Assembly (NCBI RefSeq): GCF_009914755.1
Contig: NC_060926.1
From: the human T2T-CHM13v2.0 reference genome, Homo sapiens
Strand: one strand, 5' to 3'
Length of the DNA stretch: 64,000 bases
The notes beneath the pieces were generated by a model. The model had not been told where the DNA came from, did not search any database, and was given only the letters and a program-made list of their open reading frames with translations. Both the position numbers and the translations under genes were made by a program. Within the stretch, counting starts at the first letter, position 1, and each line of letters begins with the position of its first letter. Positions 1 to 17,279 of this stretch are shown here, in pieces.

Positions 1-3335
<3,335 letters not shown>

Positions 3336-3506
3336 AGTAGGGGAAAAAGTCAATCAGAAATCATTTTTATGTGATTTGGAATCTCAGTGAATAGTATACT
3401 ATTTCAGGTTTCTTTCCATATGGAGAATAACTGTTCTTTTGCTTAACCAGTAACTTCTTCATTTATCAAATTCACCCTAAATGATGTTCTTTTTCTTTTG
3501 TTTTAG

Positions 3507-3553
3507 TGAGGCTGAAGATTGTCACTCAGACCCAAGTGCTAAAATATTAGAAG
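3507..3553 (+). CDS. FSIP2: FSIP2 coding exon (47 nt; EAEDCHSDPSAKILE)
   Basis: Polypyrimidine tract + AG at 3505-3506, GT at 3554; phase 2 in, phase 1 out; splices in frame with the next three exons. Confidence 0.88.
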
Positions 3554-4482
3554 GTTGGACTCCTTTTTCTTAAATTAGAGAGTATTTTTTACTACTTTGA
3601 TGTGTTTTTTTTTTAGTTATCAAACTTGAAGTTAATACAGGTTTTATGTTTTCTATGAGTTTATCTACTTTTGAAAATGATCCAGTATTACCTCATTCAG
3701 GTGTTAAAATGAGTCAAATACTTAGCCTTGCCTAAACTGCCATTAAGATTTCATCACTGATTGTGGTATCAAGTATATGGTTTGATATGAATTCACATTT
3801 ACCATACTCCTGTGAAATATCTACAAAATAGAGTGTATTGTAACAGCAGTTTATATCTGAGCCAGAACCCATGCTACTAGGATTTAATTATTTCTTTGAA
3901 GGATTATGCCTCTTTTTAAAGCTAAATTTATTCCCTCATATTAAAATCGGCCTAGGATGTATCTCACTTTTTTTCATTTTTCTATATATTTTTTGTTTTG
4001 TTTATTCAATCTCTAATAGTCCTGGCTCCTTAGAAAATTTGTAATGACTTTTAGGTTCTCTAACTGTCAAGACCTTAGAGGGAGGATCGATGTGGTTCTA
4101 ACAATGATAGCATATATAAGAGGTAGAGTGTCATGTTTACTATAAAGTCACATTAAAAGTCAAACCACAAGTTTATCATGACTATTTCAAACATGCAACC
4201 AATTCAACAAACATATTCTCCCAATTTGAGAGTGAAAATCATTTTTATCAAGATAATCCATAAAATAGCATTAAGTATGCCAGAATTCTGTGAACATATC
4301 ATAGGTTTCACAAAAACCACTCCTATAATGTCTGAATTGTGGAATTATACTTTGTTAGATGCCAACAGAAACCGTTTCATACAACCATACTCATTTTATA
4401 GATGAGGAAACTCAAGCTGAGGGTAAGGCAGTGACCCATCCAACATTCCTCTGAGTCAAAAACAGAGTCCAGTACAGACCAA

Positions 4483-4660
4483 TGTAACAGACATGGGACA
4501 CCAGAAGGGAGGAGGGAGGTGAGCACTGAAAAATTACCTATTGGGTATAATATTCACTATTTGGGTGATAGGTACACTAGAAGTCCAAACCTCACCATTA
4601 TGCAATATATCCATGTAATACTCCTGCACATGTACCCTGTGACTCTACATAAAAACAAAA
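4483..4660 (+). mobile_element. L1PB-type 3' end fragment inserted in a MIR
   Basis: GAAAAATTACCTATTGGGTATAATATTCACTATTTGGGTGAT..CTGCACATGTACCC then A-rich tail; flanked by MIR-like TTTTATAGATGAGGAAACT. Confidence 0.7.
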
Positions 4661-4965
4661 GTTCCATCTGCATCCCACATCTCCTGCCTCTAAATTCAGT
4701 GTTTTAATATGCTTTATCCAACTTAATTTTGGTGATCTTGCTTAGTTCTTATATCTTTTAGTAATATCACAGGTGTTCAACTGAATCATTTGCTTACTCA
4801 TTCATCCAAAGATTTGCTGAGTGTTTTCTTTGTATCCTGAGATCCCATGTCTGAACAAGACTGACAAAGTTTTTGCTCTCACAGAATTTACACTTTAACT
4901 CAGAGTAGGAAGTCCCATCCCAAGGGTAAGGACTTAAACAAGATAATTCCAGACATTGATAAGTA

Positions 4966-5303
4966 AAGTCATGTGTCACATAATGATGTTTTGGTCAATG
5001 ATGGACCAGTATAAAATAGTGGTCCCATATGATTATAATACTGTATTTCTACTGTACTTTATCTATGTTAAGATACACGAATACTTACCATTGTGTTAGA
5101 GTTGCCTCCAGTATACAGTGTCATAACATTCTGTACAGGCTTGTAGCCTAAAAGACATACATAAAACATAACATATAGCTTAGGTGTGTAGTAGGTTATA
5201 CCATTGAGGTTTGTGTAAGTACATCCTATGATGTTCACACAATGATGGAATCACTTAATGAGGCATTTCTCAGAATGTAACCTTGTTAAGCAAAGCATGG
5301 CTG
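4966..5303. mobile_element. Tigger3a/MER7-type Tc1-mariner MITE
   Basis: Termini (C/A)AGTCATGTGTCACATAA..TTAAGCAAAGCATGGCTG flanked by TA; ~340 bp. Confidence 0.75.
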
Positions 5304-5309
5304 TACTTC

Positions 5310-5980
5310 CCATCTCATTTAGAACCAAATCTCAAGTCATCACAATGGCTTACAAAACCCTAAATCATCTGGGCATCATCCTAACATCCTACTTCCTCTC
5401 TAAGGTACTCCTCTATTTCTTTCTGGCTCAATCCATTCCAATCACACTAACCTCCTTGCTGTTCCTCAAACATTTTATACATTAATGGCCCTTGGATTTG
5501 CTGATCCTCCTGTACTCTTTCCCCTATATCTGCATTGTTCATTCCTTACTTTCAGATCTTGGCTCAAATGTCACCTTCTCAGTGAGGTCTTCACTGGCCA
5601 CACTCTGAAGTTGCAACTTAATTCTGATCAGGACGCTACCTATCCCAGTTCTTTGCTTTACTGGATAAAACTTTCTGTTATACTGTGTATTTTAACTGTT
5701 TTTTTGACTGTCTCTCTAGAATGTAAGCTTCATAAAGGTGGAGATTTATGTCTGTTAACAGCTATATCACCAAGAGCCTAAAACACTATTTTGTTTATAG
5801 TAGATACAGGGATTAATGAGATAGGAGAGACTATTGGAGCAACCAAAGGTGAAGGAGGAGCACAAGAATTCTTTTTTGGTTATGTTGAGATTGAGGTGTC
5901 CTTTAGACATTCAAGTTGAGATGTCACGTAAGCAATTGGATATTTAAGTCTGAAATTCAATGGAAAGATCAAGGCCAGAT
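5310..5980. mobile_element. L2 fragments
   Basis: L2-typical motifs CTCAAATGTCACCTTCTCAGTGAGG, CTAGAATGTAAGCTTCATAAAGG, GTTGAGATTGAGGTGTCC. Confidence 0.6.
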
Positions 5981-7228
5981 ATATTCATTCCTAGTTCATA
6001 TATACAATAAAATCTCAAGTAACTTAAATCCAAAAATCTGGGCACCATAAATATCAGGAATTTTTCTGTGCCTCTTCATCAAAACAACTTCCTAGTTTTT
6101 CTGGAGAGTTGGATGCACATATACCCTAGAAACTTAAAAACTTGTGTTTGGAATCATTGCCCTTGTAGTAAACCCAAATGTCCTCAATCATTTAAAATAA
6201 AGTATGTCAAATTATGTGCAATATAGATTTAGGCGCTTTTTAGGAATATTATCAGCCAACAATGAAATCTTACCAATTTTGTCAGTTACTTTAATCACTT
6301 CTCATATTTGAGCTGATTGAGATTTTACTATTACTTTTTTTTAGAACCCATATTGGCCCAAAGGGTACTTTATATAGTTATTGCTTGTATTGGTTCTTGA
6401 TGAGTGTAGCTATATAAAATGCATAGTTTTTTCTTATATGATATCTTGAGAAATAGCCAAGGAAGACAGTCTCATTCCTATACTATGCATGAGAAAACAG
6501 AGTCAGAGAAGTTAGATGTTCAATGTTCACACAGCTTTAAGCAATGAAGCTAAGATGTAAATACAGGGTTTCTGCCTTCTTAGCAGATTAGCTGCTTCCC
6601 TTGCAGTGGGTTCTTGTGAAGCTTCTCTCACAGTGTCATTTCTACCTCCTTGCCTGAATTTATTTCACGAATACACTGACCTCCCCTGGAATTCAGACAA
6701 CTTTTGGTTCTGTAGACTCCACCAAATATCCTCTGAGCATTGCCTCAAAGCTCTCCTGATTCTCCCAGAAGTTACTATTTAATAATACCAGTACTCTCCT
6801 CTTTATTCTAATAAGCTGCTTTTAAGTAGGCATGTAAAGAAAGTGGTAGAGCTGGAAGGGCTATTAAGAATCATCTATAGAGTAATCCCTCATTGTACAG
6901 GTAAACAAACAGGCTTATAGGGAATGAATGGTTGTGCATAGATGTATAGCTACTAAGTTACAGAGCTTGCCTCTCCCACTATGTTACATTTCATCTGTCA
7001 TAATTTCTAAATTTCTAACTGAAGGGCTAAGACGTCCCAATATTCTAGGGCTCTCACTTATTTCAGTGTTGTTCCCAATTGCTTATACATTTAAAATAAC
7101 AACTTCTTCGACCTGCCTAAACTATATGATTCTTTGGTGAAAAATAAATAATATGATCAGATTTGTGTCAACAAATATACATGCCTCAGAAAGAGACTAT
7201 TTTACTTTTTTTTTTTTAATCTCTACAG

Positions 7229-7272
7229 AAAGTTCTCAGGAACAAAAGCCAGAGCATGGAAACAGTGTTAAG
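7229..7272 (+). CDS. FSIP2: FSIP2 coding exon (44 nt; (E)SSQEQKPEHGNSVK)
   Basis: T-run..CTCTACAG acceptor, AAG|GTAAGT consensus donor; phase 1 in, phase 0 out. Confidence 0.92.
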
Positions 7273-8329
7273 GTAAGTATTTTTAACTAGCCTTAGTTGA
7301 TATATATTAGGAGCTAGTTCAGAACAACTCAGTTTTCATAGTTCAGTCAGGGACTGTGTGGTATGATTTGAAGGATATCAGAAAGCATTCTCCTATTCAC
7401 AATTTCTTACACCCTGTTCCCTCTTCCTAGCTGAGGCCTGTCCCTGGTATATTAAAATATGTTAACAAAATCCTTTGGGTTAAGTCAGCATTCCTTGTTT
7501 AGGGGCACAAAGTAATATACTCGTTCTCCCTAGCATCTAAGTACAATTCTGTTTATTAGCTCTGTTACTACAATCTCCAGAAAAACACTAGAGGGAGTGA
7601 ATTACTTGGCCCTACCTAGGATGAGTAGACTCAAGTGAGCAACGTGGGGAGGTGGGGAGAAAACAGAAGCTTCAAACATGGGAGGTGCATGGCTTGCAGG
7701 ATGTGAGTGCTAATTCTGTTTTTCTGTATTCCTAAACATTACTTCTTTACCGGCAGCTTTCCAAAAAGCCCACCTACTCCCCAGTGTGAGCCAAGAAAAT
7801 TTCCTCTTTATAAATCTTTCTTATAAAGTTTCCAATGAGAAATGAAGCTACACATCTTCGTCTGTGTTTTTTAATCAGATTGTTTCTTTCTTGGTTCAGC
7901 TTAAACACCCTTCGAGTGGGTCCTTCCACCCCCACATACAACATAAGCTATCAATTATGGAGTTACTTCTCAGTATCACAATATAGTACGATTTTCAGAA
8001 CCAACTTTTAAAATCTTATAACTTACACTTAAGATATATTTTTTAAATGTTCAAAGATAATGGATTTGTCACCCACTCAACCTAATCCTCATTTATGAAT
8101 ATAAGTATTTGTTTAACTACCTCAGGCTCCACTTTGGCCACACTTTACAAACAGTAAAATTATATGGCAACAGAAGGGAAATGCTGAAGCTCTAATCTAA
8201 GAACCTATTGACACTCAGTGTGTCAAGTGGAATTTCTGGCTAATCTGGACTCCTTCTGCTTTTGTTCTTTCCCTCTTTGCTACCTTTTCCATGGTAAAAT
8301 TATGGTTAAAGTTGTTATCTAATCCAGTT

Positions 8330-9470
8330 TCAAATAAGGTGGAGTAGGCAGGCTCCATCTTATCTCTCTCACTGATTACAACTAAACACTGTGGGTAACT
8401 ACTGAGGATTCTGAAAAATAAATAACAAGAGTTAGGGCAGGGGAATCAAAACTCAAAGAATGGCCAATGCCATTGTGAGTTTCCTGGGTTTTCTTATTTT
8501 ATTTGCATATCCTCTGGCTTAGACTCAGGAAAACTCAAATCCTGGCATTACATAGATCAACTGGATAGAACATAGCTCCTAGAGAAACCATTGTTTTCTG
8601 ACCGGTTAGGAGATTCCTGTGAGATGGAGAATCTGGGGAGAATCCCCACTTTTTCTCCCTCCTTGGCCCTGCCTCAAGGCAAGGTGCCCTCATGAAGCTG
8701 CATGGCAGTAGCAGCAGAGTTACCACCTAAAACTCTGAAAGAAAATTCTTCTCTGACCAATAGGGAAAGGGTCCTCAGTAGACTGAGGATTATTGATTGA
8801 ACTGGTTGTGCTTTTCTCTGCTTTCTTTTGTCACTTTACTCTTAGTGGTAGATGCAGACATAAACTAGAAACAGCACACACACAGAGGCTAAAGCCACAG
8901 CATTTTAGCCATAGAACTAGAAAAGGGGGCTAATGAGAGTTAGGCATTGAGGAAAATCACAGAAAGAGGAACCTCAAAAATCTGTTTATACTGTCCCCTC
9001 TGAGTTGTACATATTTGGAACTGACCTGAAGTTACATAGACAAAAGTCTTTGAGAACCTGAACTGCATTCTTAATAGTAGTGCACACATAAGGATACTGA
9101 ACACTACAAAAATTTTAAAAACAGAAATTAAATTGAAACCATAGCCATGAGAGGCAGGGTAGGATGTGTGATTTGAACATAATGAGTCAATTACCTACCA
9201 AAAACAAACAAACAAACGAAAAAAATCAATGTTCTCTACAGGATTTTGAAAGGACCAAATATCTGACTACCTATATAAAATGTGTAGGATACATTCCAAA
9301 ATGACTCAACATACAAAGAACAAAGACAATATCTACAGCTTTCAAGGAGAAGGTCAAAAGATGCCAACTCTGACATAGCCAAGGTTTTGACATTTTTAGA
9401 TAAAAACTTTAAAGTCATGATTTTAACAATGCTCCATTAAGTAAGGGCAAGAACTCTTGTGTCTAACAAA
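8330..9470 (+). mobile_element. Ancient L1M 5'UTR/ORF1-start remnant
   Basis: Starts CCAGTTTCAAATAAGGTGGAGTAGG (decayed L1 5' AAGATGGCG motif); ends in ORF1-like GATAAAAACTTTAAAGTCATGATTTTAACAATGCTCC. Confidence 0.5.
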
Positions 9471-9499
9471 CAGATACATGTTTTCACATAACTTAAGTA

Positions 9500-9843
9500 C
9501 TGTCATCCCCTGATAGCTGTAGGGGATTGGTTCCAGGAATCCCCAAAGATATCAAAATTCAGGGGTGCTCAAGGTCTTTATATAAAATGGTGTAATATTT
9601 GCATATAACCTACACACATCCTCCCATATATTTTAAATTATTTCTAGATTACTTATCATAACTAGCACAATGTAAATATTATGTAAATAGTTCTTATGCT
9701 GTATTATTTATGGAATAATGACAAGAACAATAAGTCTATACGTGTTCGGTATACATGCAACCATCCATTATTTTTCATATATTTTTGATCTCTGGTTGGT
9801 TAAACTTATGGATACACAACCCACAGAGAGAGAAGGCCAACTG
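9500..9843. mobile_element. MER2 (Tigger-derived MITE)
   Basis: GGGGATTGGTTCCAGGA..ATATTTGCATATAACCTACACACATCCTCC..GGCCAACTG, TA on both sides. Confidence 0.85.
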
Positions 9844-10885
9844 TATGTCTACTCATCTCCTTTTAGATGAAGGATTCTCAGTCCTAATTCTCTCACATTA
9901 GAGTTTTGTGAGGCATTTAAAAAATATACATTAATGTCTGTCCTACACTTGTTATGGGCCTCAGGGATCCATACTTTTAAAAAAAGTTTCATGGATAACT
10001 CTATTGTACAGCTTAAGTTGAGAATCAGTACTTTACATTGTCTCTGCCCTATTTTATTCCTCAGTTATCTTGTTTCCAATAGCTTAATACATGAGCACCC
10101 TTAAGTCTTCTTGGAGGAACTATGGTAAAACTCTTGTAATAGTTATCTGTTGCTTTTTACCTGATATAGACACTGCACATTCCTCTTGTGTTACATGTAT
10201 TTAAGCCTTGTTTTACTGATTTTTAACAGATGACATTTTAGAATAGCTACAGAATTCTGGTACCCTTCAAATCTACCATTTTAGAATAGCTTCAGAATAG
10301 CTGAAGCCCCAACACCTGTCCCAGGCTATTTTATGCTTCTCTGGGACAATTGCTGCTCTTGCATTCAAAATTGATAAGGGTCTACAGAGTAAAGCTAGTA
10401 CCGGAGACACAATCCCAGCACAACCAGGTCTACAGAGCCACTTTATTGCTCCAGACTCTGCAGTGGCTAAGATTTCAATAGAAGAAAATTTGGGGTTACA
10501 AAGTAAACATTCTTTTTTCTCCCCTTATTATTACATCTTTTTTCAGAAAAGAATTTTTAACTTTTTTCAATTCAGTCAAAGGATAGAGGGGGCAGACAGA
10601 GCTGAGATTTTTCATGAGTTAATATGGCTGAACCATTGACCCTCACTTAGTGCTAGCCAAAGTCTGCATTCATAACAAGGGTCAATCTTAGGCATCTTAC
10701 TTTGCAAAAATTATGAGCCTCAGTCTTACTGAACAATTCTTTGAGACTGCAGAGCACAGATATATTTTATGTAAGATGCTGTAGTGGTATTTATAGGTAT
10801 ATCTAGTGGATTTGAGGACTTATGGGTATATCTAGTGTTTGTGTCCAGTGAAAGACTCAGTTTGTATTTCAATTTACCTTGGCAG

Positions 10886-10955
10886 TTTATCACCATCTTT
10901 GAAAGATCCAAGGATGTTCTTGGCAGTGCAAATCCCTCAAAGGAAGTCATTTCAG
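10886..10955 (+). CDS. FSIP2: FSIP2 coding exon (70 nt; FITIFERSKDVLGSANPSKEVIS)
   Basis: TTACCTTGGCAG acceptor, CAG|GTAC donor; phase 0 in, phase 1 out; peptide visible inside ORF 10784-11014. Confidence 0.92.
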
Positions 10956-12162
10956 GTACAAAATGTACTATTTTAACAACTGGTGTAATTAAACTGTCAA
11001 TTGCATCATTTTGAATTTAGAATTTTTTATTACTTTCCTGGAAATGAGTGGCTCTCCCCTTGCATATTATCAAAATAGGAGTGAAATAATATTCTTACTG
11101 TTTGTATAAATACCAATTTTCAGTTAATTATGTAGCTCTCTATCTTTACACCAAAGGGACAATGGATCATATAACTAAAATATATCAGGCATTAGCTATT
11201 CACATTTTATTTAAAGAAAAAAGTGAGAATCATTAAAGAGAAAAATGACAATAGGTTATCCAAGGTTATCCCACAGCTAACAAGCAGCAGAGCTATGTTT
11301 CAAATCCCAATCTCATGCAACATCATCATTGTCTACACACACAAATAGTTATATGAGCAAGGTAGGTACCATAAACAACAGCAGCAGATTGAGCAGGGGT
11401 GTGTGGCTTATGGGAGATGGCATGCTGCCTTTGAAGGAGGCAGTTGCTACTCATCTACAATCACTGGCATGCTAGATTGTTCCCAGTTCTTCCAGTTTTT
11501 CAAAAGAAGCTGGGTATTAAAGTTTTATATTAAAATGTATAACTTTTGAGTTTCATGTACTACAATCAAGAAAACACAGGATTTTAGTGGCCCTATCGCA
11601 ACTTATTAAGTATCAGAAAAGTATATAAATATTTCTTTATATATAAAATTATTTCTTTATGTATAAAATAATAATTTTGTTAAACTGAGATGATTATATT
11701 CTTTAAAGCCTCATGCTGAATAAGAGGTGCAAAAAAAATCCAAATAGGAACTCTTTTATTACCTACACAGTCCTATTTTCCATGACATAAATAATCACTT
11801 GGGGTCAGTCAATGGAAAATTTACTCAAAGTAGGTGAGAATTTATACTATTTTTTAATGTACTTCTACTTTCTCTTGAGCATTCTGAAATAGGTGTCCAC
11901 ACTGTATAGAGTTGAAAGTTAATTTCCCATTTAACTCATTAGACATTTTCAGAGAGTGTTCTGCTGAGAAAAGAGAAATGGACTTTGTATACGTGACTAA
12001 AGAAGCCTCATAGTACAGTAGGCATAATGATGCCATGAGAGTCAGAAAGTCTGGACCCTATTACCAGCTGGGCCACCTTTTACTCATATGACCTTAGGCA
12101 AGGTATTTTACCTCAGTGTTCAAAAATAAAGATATCATTCTTCTTGTTTACTTTGTCCACAG

Positions 12163-12299
12163 AAACTCCCAAGCCCGATGTCTCCAAACAAGGATCTAAA
12201 ATGCTGACAAAAATGTCTTCAGCTTTGTCAAAGGTGTTTTCTCAATGTAACACCAATATTTCCAGATCTTCCTCACCAGCTCACCAGGATGAACACTGA
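12163..12299 (+). CDS. FSIP2: FSIP2 terminal coding exon ((E)TPKPDVSKQGSKMLTKMSSALSKVFSQCNTNISRSSSPAHQDEH*), fibrous sheath-interacting protein 2 C-terminus
   Basis: CTTTGTCCACAG acceptor, open frame to TGA at 12297-12299; C-terminus recognised as FSIP2 from memory. Confidence 0.92.
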
Positions 12300-12340
12300 A
12301 GCTTTTGTACCTGATATAAGTATGCTTACTTCTTTTAGAA

Positions 12341-12346
12341 AATAAA
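12341..12346 (+). terminator. Polyadenylation signal of FSIP2 (very short 3'UTR)
   Basis: AATAAA 41 nt after the stop codon. Confidence 0.75.
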
Positions 12347-14192
12347 ATGGTTTTTAAAGCATAGTATAGCGTCTTATAAGATGATTCCTATACTACTGAA
12401 AATAAAAGCAAAAGGAAGTGTAGAAGGGACCAGGCAAAGAAGGGTTTAACAAATGCTTTGAATAAGCATTTTGATGTAAGAAATGTTAATAATTAGTATT
12501 ACCTGTGTGCCATGAGAGTAAGTGACTAAACACATAATTATTAAACTAGACAACTCACAGTACCCACCAGAAAATGCACATTGATTGCTCCTGCTAAATT
12601 TTAGAGGATGTTGTTACCAGGACAGTTATTAAATTGAGATGAAAACCAAGCTGAAAATGAAACTATGTCACGGATAAGTTTATTGTTAAAGGCATATTTA
12701 GATACTCGAATAAAAGGATTTATACCAGATAAATTTTTCCCACCTGAAAGTAAAGTTAATTTAGTTTATGTCTCCCAGGCAAAATGATCCAACTGTAGAC
12801 AAAGCACCATTTGAAAGTAAATGATAACTATATATAATTCCATATATGCATAAAATGGCCCCTGTGATAAAAAAAATCCTTGCAAGTAACGTACCTCTTA
12901 TGGATAAAATATCAATCAAGAAATCATTGGTCAATAAAGTTATTAAATAATTTTCAGAAATATTATACACGAATATAGAGATCAAGATCCATTTGTAAAA
13001 ACAAAAGTAATGGGAAAAATTTAATAATATGGCTAGCTAGTGCAGTGATAAAAGAAATTTTTCAAAATTAGCTGAACTTGCTACTTTGTGATAAAGTTCC
13101 AATGTCAGCATGTTTGCCTCTGGAATCCAAGGATGTTTTATAAAGAGATTCAACAGATGGACCAAGAAGCTGGGAAGGAATGTCAAATATCATCACCCAA
13201 AAAGGGTGACTCATGAATTTTTAGAGAATGTGTATTCTGTTTTATCTAAAATTTTCTTGACAATTGCCACTAATAAAGCAGAAACTTCTGAAAAAGTTTT
13301 GTTTTAAAACAACAAACTTCCTTTAATGAAGTTGATCTGTGCAGTAATGACAGGGAAGAAAAAAGTGATTACCTAGTCAAATTTTTACATATAAATAATA
13401 AAATTATTTAACTGGCAATTTAGTCTACTTATAATAATCTCTTAAAAACAGATTAATCCCAAAGATCATACAAAATTGCCGAACTTGTGGATGCAGACCT
13501 TTTAAAAAATGATGGTTGGTGAGAAATAGCTGGAAATTCATCTCTGAATTATTTTCAAAAGAGCTGACTCTACATCAGTTTGCATTAGTTGACAGTGTTG
13601 TTGAAAGCATTCTTACAGATGTCATCCAAACCAATGATGTTTCCCAAACTTAGATATTACGTGCTTATAAGCTGTCTTTCAACGTAACATTTCACTGTAA
13701 AAATTTAAAGCACTGTGATTCACATACTTATCAACTGAAAAATGTAATATATAAACATAAGATACTCTGAATTAAGAGGGTTTTTAATGGTGAAGGTAAT
13801 TTCCTGTTTTCTCTGACTCAAGTAGAGGAAGCAACATCAAGTTCAGAATTAGTCCTTGAAGTTGACAACATTTTAGTAAGGAATGGTTAATGTTATTGAG
13901 AAATTTAAGTCCTAGGAAAAACCATCCAGAAATACTTCTGTGTTAGACATCATGTATGTGAAACATCATCTTTATTTTCAACAAAACTAGTAGGGTAAAT
14001 GTGCTAAAAGTATCAAACACTGAATTGAAAAAATGTGTATTATTACCTGATAAAACCTGTAGTGGCTAAAATCTCTAAAAGTAACATTAGTCTTCTAGCT
14101 AATGACTAATGCTAAAGCAGAAGAAAGTTTTTAAGATTCATAAAATTTAAATTATTCCTTAGGTTGTTGATTCTTTCTATGTTTTACTAAAA

Positions 14193-14505
14193 TGGACTGG
14201 AAAACATTTTGTGTGAAAGGCTAGAAAGTAGACATTTTAGGTTTGTAGATTCTCTGTCAAATCTACTCCATTATGCTATTGTAGCACAAAACCAACCATA
14301 TACAACACATAAACAAATAAATAGATGTGGATGTGATTCAATAAAAATTTCTTTATAAACACTGAAATTTGAATTTCATTTAATGTTACATGTCATAACA
14401 TAGAATTTTTCTTTTGATTTTTTTCAATAATTTGAAAATATAAAAATTATTCTTAGGTTTATTAAAGACAAGTGACAGGACAGCTTTAGCCCATGCTGAT
14501 TTCTG
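14193..14505. mobile_element. MER58 (hAT-Charlie MITE)
   Basis: MER58-like body (AAAGGCTAGAAAGTAGACATTTTAGG..AAACACTGAAATTTGAATTTCAT); 8-bp TSD TACTAAAA/TACTATAA. Confidence 0.72.
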
Positions 14506-14597
14506 TACTATAATAATTTGGAACTCATGAATAAGCTTATTTTTATATGAAGGTACTGATTATTGACTTAAAATAATACTAGTAAAGGTTCAAATTC

Positions 14598-15474
14598 TGT
14601 TGCGGGAAGTCAGGGACCCTGAATGGAGGGACAAGCTGGAGCTGCGGCAGAGGAACATAAATTGTGAAGATTTCATTTTAATATGGACATTTATCAATTC
14701 CCAAATAATACTTTTATAATTTCTTACACCTGTCTTTAATCTCTTAATCCTGTTATCTTCATAAGCTGAGGATGTATGTCACCTCAGGACCACTGTGATA
14801 ATTGTGTTAACTGTACAAATTGATTGTAAAATGTGTGTGTTTGAACAATATGAAGTCAGTGCACCTAGAAAAAGAACTAAATAACAGTGATTTTTAGGGA
14901 ACAAGGGAAGACAACCATAAGGTCTGACTGCCTGCGGGGTTGGGCAAAAAGAGCCATATTTTTCTTCTTGCAGGGAGCCTATAAACAGACCTGCAAGTAG
15001 GAGAGATATCACTAAATTCTTTTCCTAGCAAGGAATATTAATATTAACACCCTGGGAAAGGAATGCGTTTCTGGGGGAGGTCTATAAACGGCTGCTCTGG
15101 GAGTGTCTCTCTTATGTGGTTGAGATAAGGACTGAGATACGCCCTGGTCTCCTGCAGTACCCTCAGGCTTACCAGGGCAGAGTTTTTCCCCACCCTAGTA
15201 AGCCTAGTAAAAGTAGTTCTCCTTTTTGCCCTTTGAAGCATATGATCTACTCCCTGTTCTTACACCTCTTCCCCTTTTGAAACCCATAATAAAAAACTTG
15301 TGGGTTTGAGGCTTAGGTGAGCATCACGGTCCTACCGATACGTGATGTCACCCCCGGTGGCCCAGCTGTAACGTTCCTCTCTTTGTACTCTTTCTGTTTA
15401 TTTCTCAGCTGGCTGACACTTATGGAAAATAGAAAGAACTTATGTTGTAATATTGGGGGCAGGTTCCTCTGATA
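14598..15474 (+). mobile_element. MER11 solo LTR (HERV-K11/HML-8)
   Basis: Begins TGTTGCGGGAAGTCAGGGACC, ends GGGGGCAGGTTCCTCTGATA; perfect 6-bp TSD AAATTC (14592-14597 / 15475-15480). Confidence 0.92.
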
Positions 15475-15607
15475 AAATTCCATTACAAAAATTAGTTTGC
15501 ATAGTTCAAATGTTGATTTCTTTAGTGATTTACTTATTGAATATATTGTTGAAAAGGTATATGAGCATGCTGCTAAAATATACTTTGAGTTAGAAAAAGA
15601 AGAGTTA

Positions 15608-15901
<294 letters not shown>

Positions 15902-17279
15902 AAAGAAGAGTTAGATCAAGATTTAATTTGTAGGTAAATTTCTAGTTCAAAATTCTTTCTTACTTTGAGAGTAGCCAATCAAAATGGATGCAGACATAAA
16001 ATCAGAAGACTTGATAGTCATTGTTGTAAAAGAAATAAACAAACTAAAACCCCAGTTAATATTGCAGCAAAATGGTGGAGCAGGCAGCTCCAAGCTCTTA
16101 TCATCCCACAGAAAAATAAGAAAAAATATGTCAGAAGCAACTTCTTCAGAACTCTGAAAAACAGTCAAAAGTTTACAGCTATTAATCAAACACTGAATCA
16201 AGAAACATAGGAAAGATTTGTGGTATATTTACTTGCCCTTGCCCAAACCCTTTTCTCAACCCAGTAGCAGTCTTGAACAAAGGAGTCTACATTCCAGTGT
16301 GGGGCCTTTTTGAGACAGCACAGCAGATCTTATTCTAAAATTACTGTGTATGTCTGTTCTCAACTTTCTGTGTGCCACATGTACAGCTGAAGCAAGGCAC
16401 TTGTTTCTGTTTTATCTACCTGGGAACTCAGACTGGAAAAGCAGTGGACATTGCTCAAAAACACTGCAAACCAAATAACAACCTGGAGATGCTTGAGGCA
16501 AAAATTAACCAAAGAACCAGAAAAAAAAAAACTGGGGAGAAAATCTTCTAAGAAATTAAGATGCCCACAGCTTCTATGTGGGGGAACTTAGAAAGCCATG
16601 CACATGTATACGGGAAGATCTATCTTCAGAAAAGAACAAAAATAATGTAAGATTTTTACCTCAGGTTTCTCCTTTGGCTCTGTGCAAGCTTAGTTAAGAA
16701 TTGAAGGAGTTCCTTAGCACAGATCTGATAAGCACAGACTGGGAGATATATTTTTAGTTGTTTCCTTGTTTGCTTGTTTGTTTTGTTTTTGTTCTTTAAA
16801 TACTGGAGTTCAAGGAAATCTCTGTGAAAACTCTAACTGAATACCAGGAATGGATACTTCAGTGATCACACAAGGAAGAGTCTTTACAAAAATACACTGT
16901 CAAATACACTGTCAAGACACTAAACAAATAAACCACTAAAGCCTTCAGCAGTCGAAAAACAACAACTCCAGGAAAAGAGGAATATCTGATTTCCATAGTT
17001 ACCACATAGTATTATTATGCCCAATTTTGAAAAACAACTACAAAAATCACAGGAAATACAAAGAAGCAGGAAAGTATGGCTCATTTAAAGGAACAAAATA
17101 AATAACTAGAAGCCATGCCTAAGGAAGTTTATACTTTGGATTAATTATATGAAGACTATAAAACAACTATTTAAAAAATACTAAAAGAGCTAAAAAATAC
17201 ATAGACAAAGAATAAAATAAATCAAGAAAATAATACAAATATTAATAAAGAGAGAAAACTATAAAAAGAAAGTAAACAT

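Noticed and set aside
10234-10302. Duplicated CATTTTAGAATAGCT(A/T)CAGAAT and similar micro-duplications at ~16891, ~38914, ~55590
   Set aside because: Common slippage duplications with no sign of function
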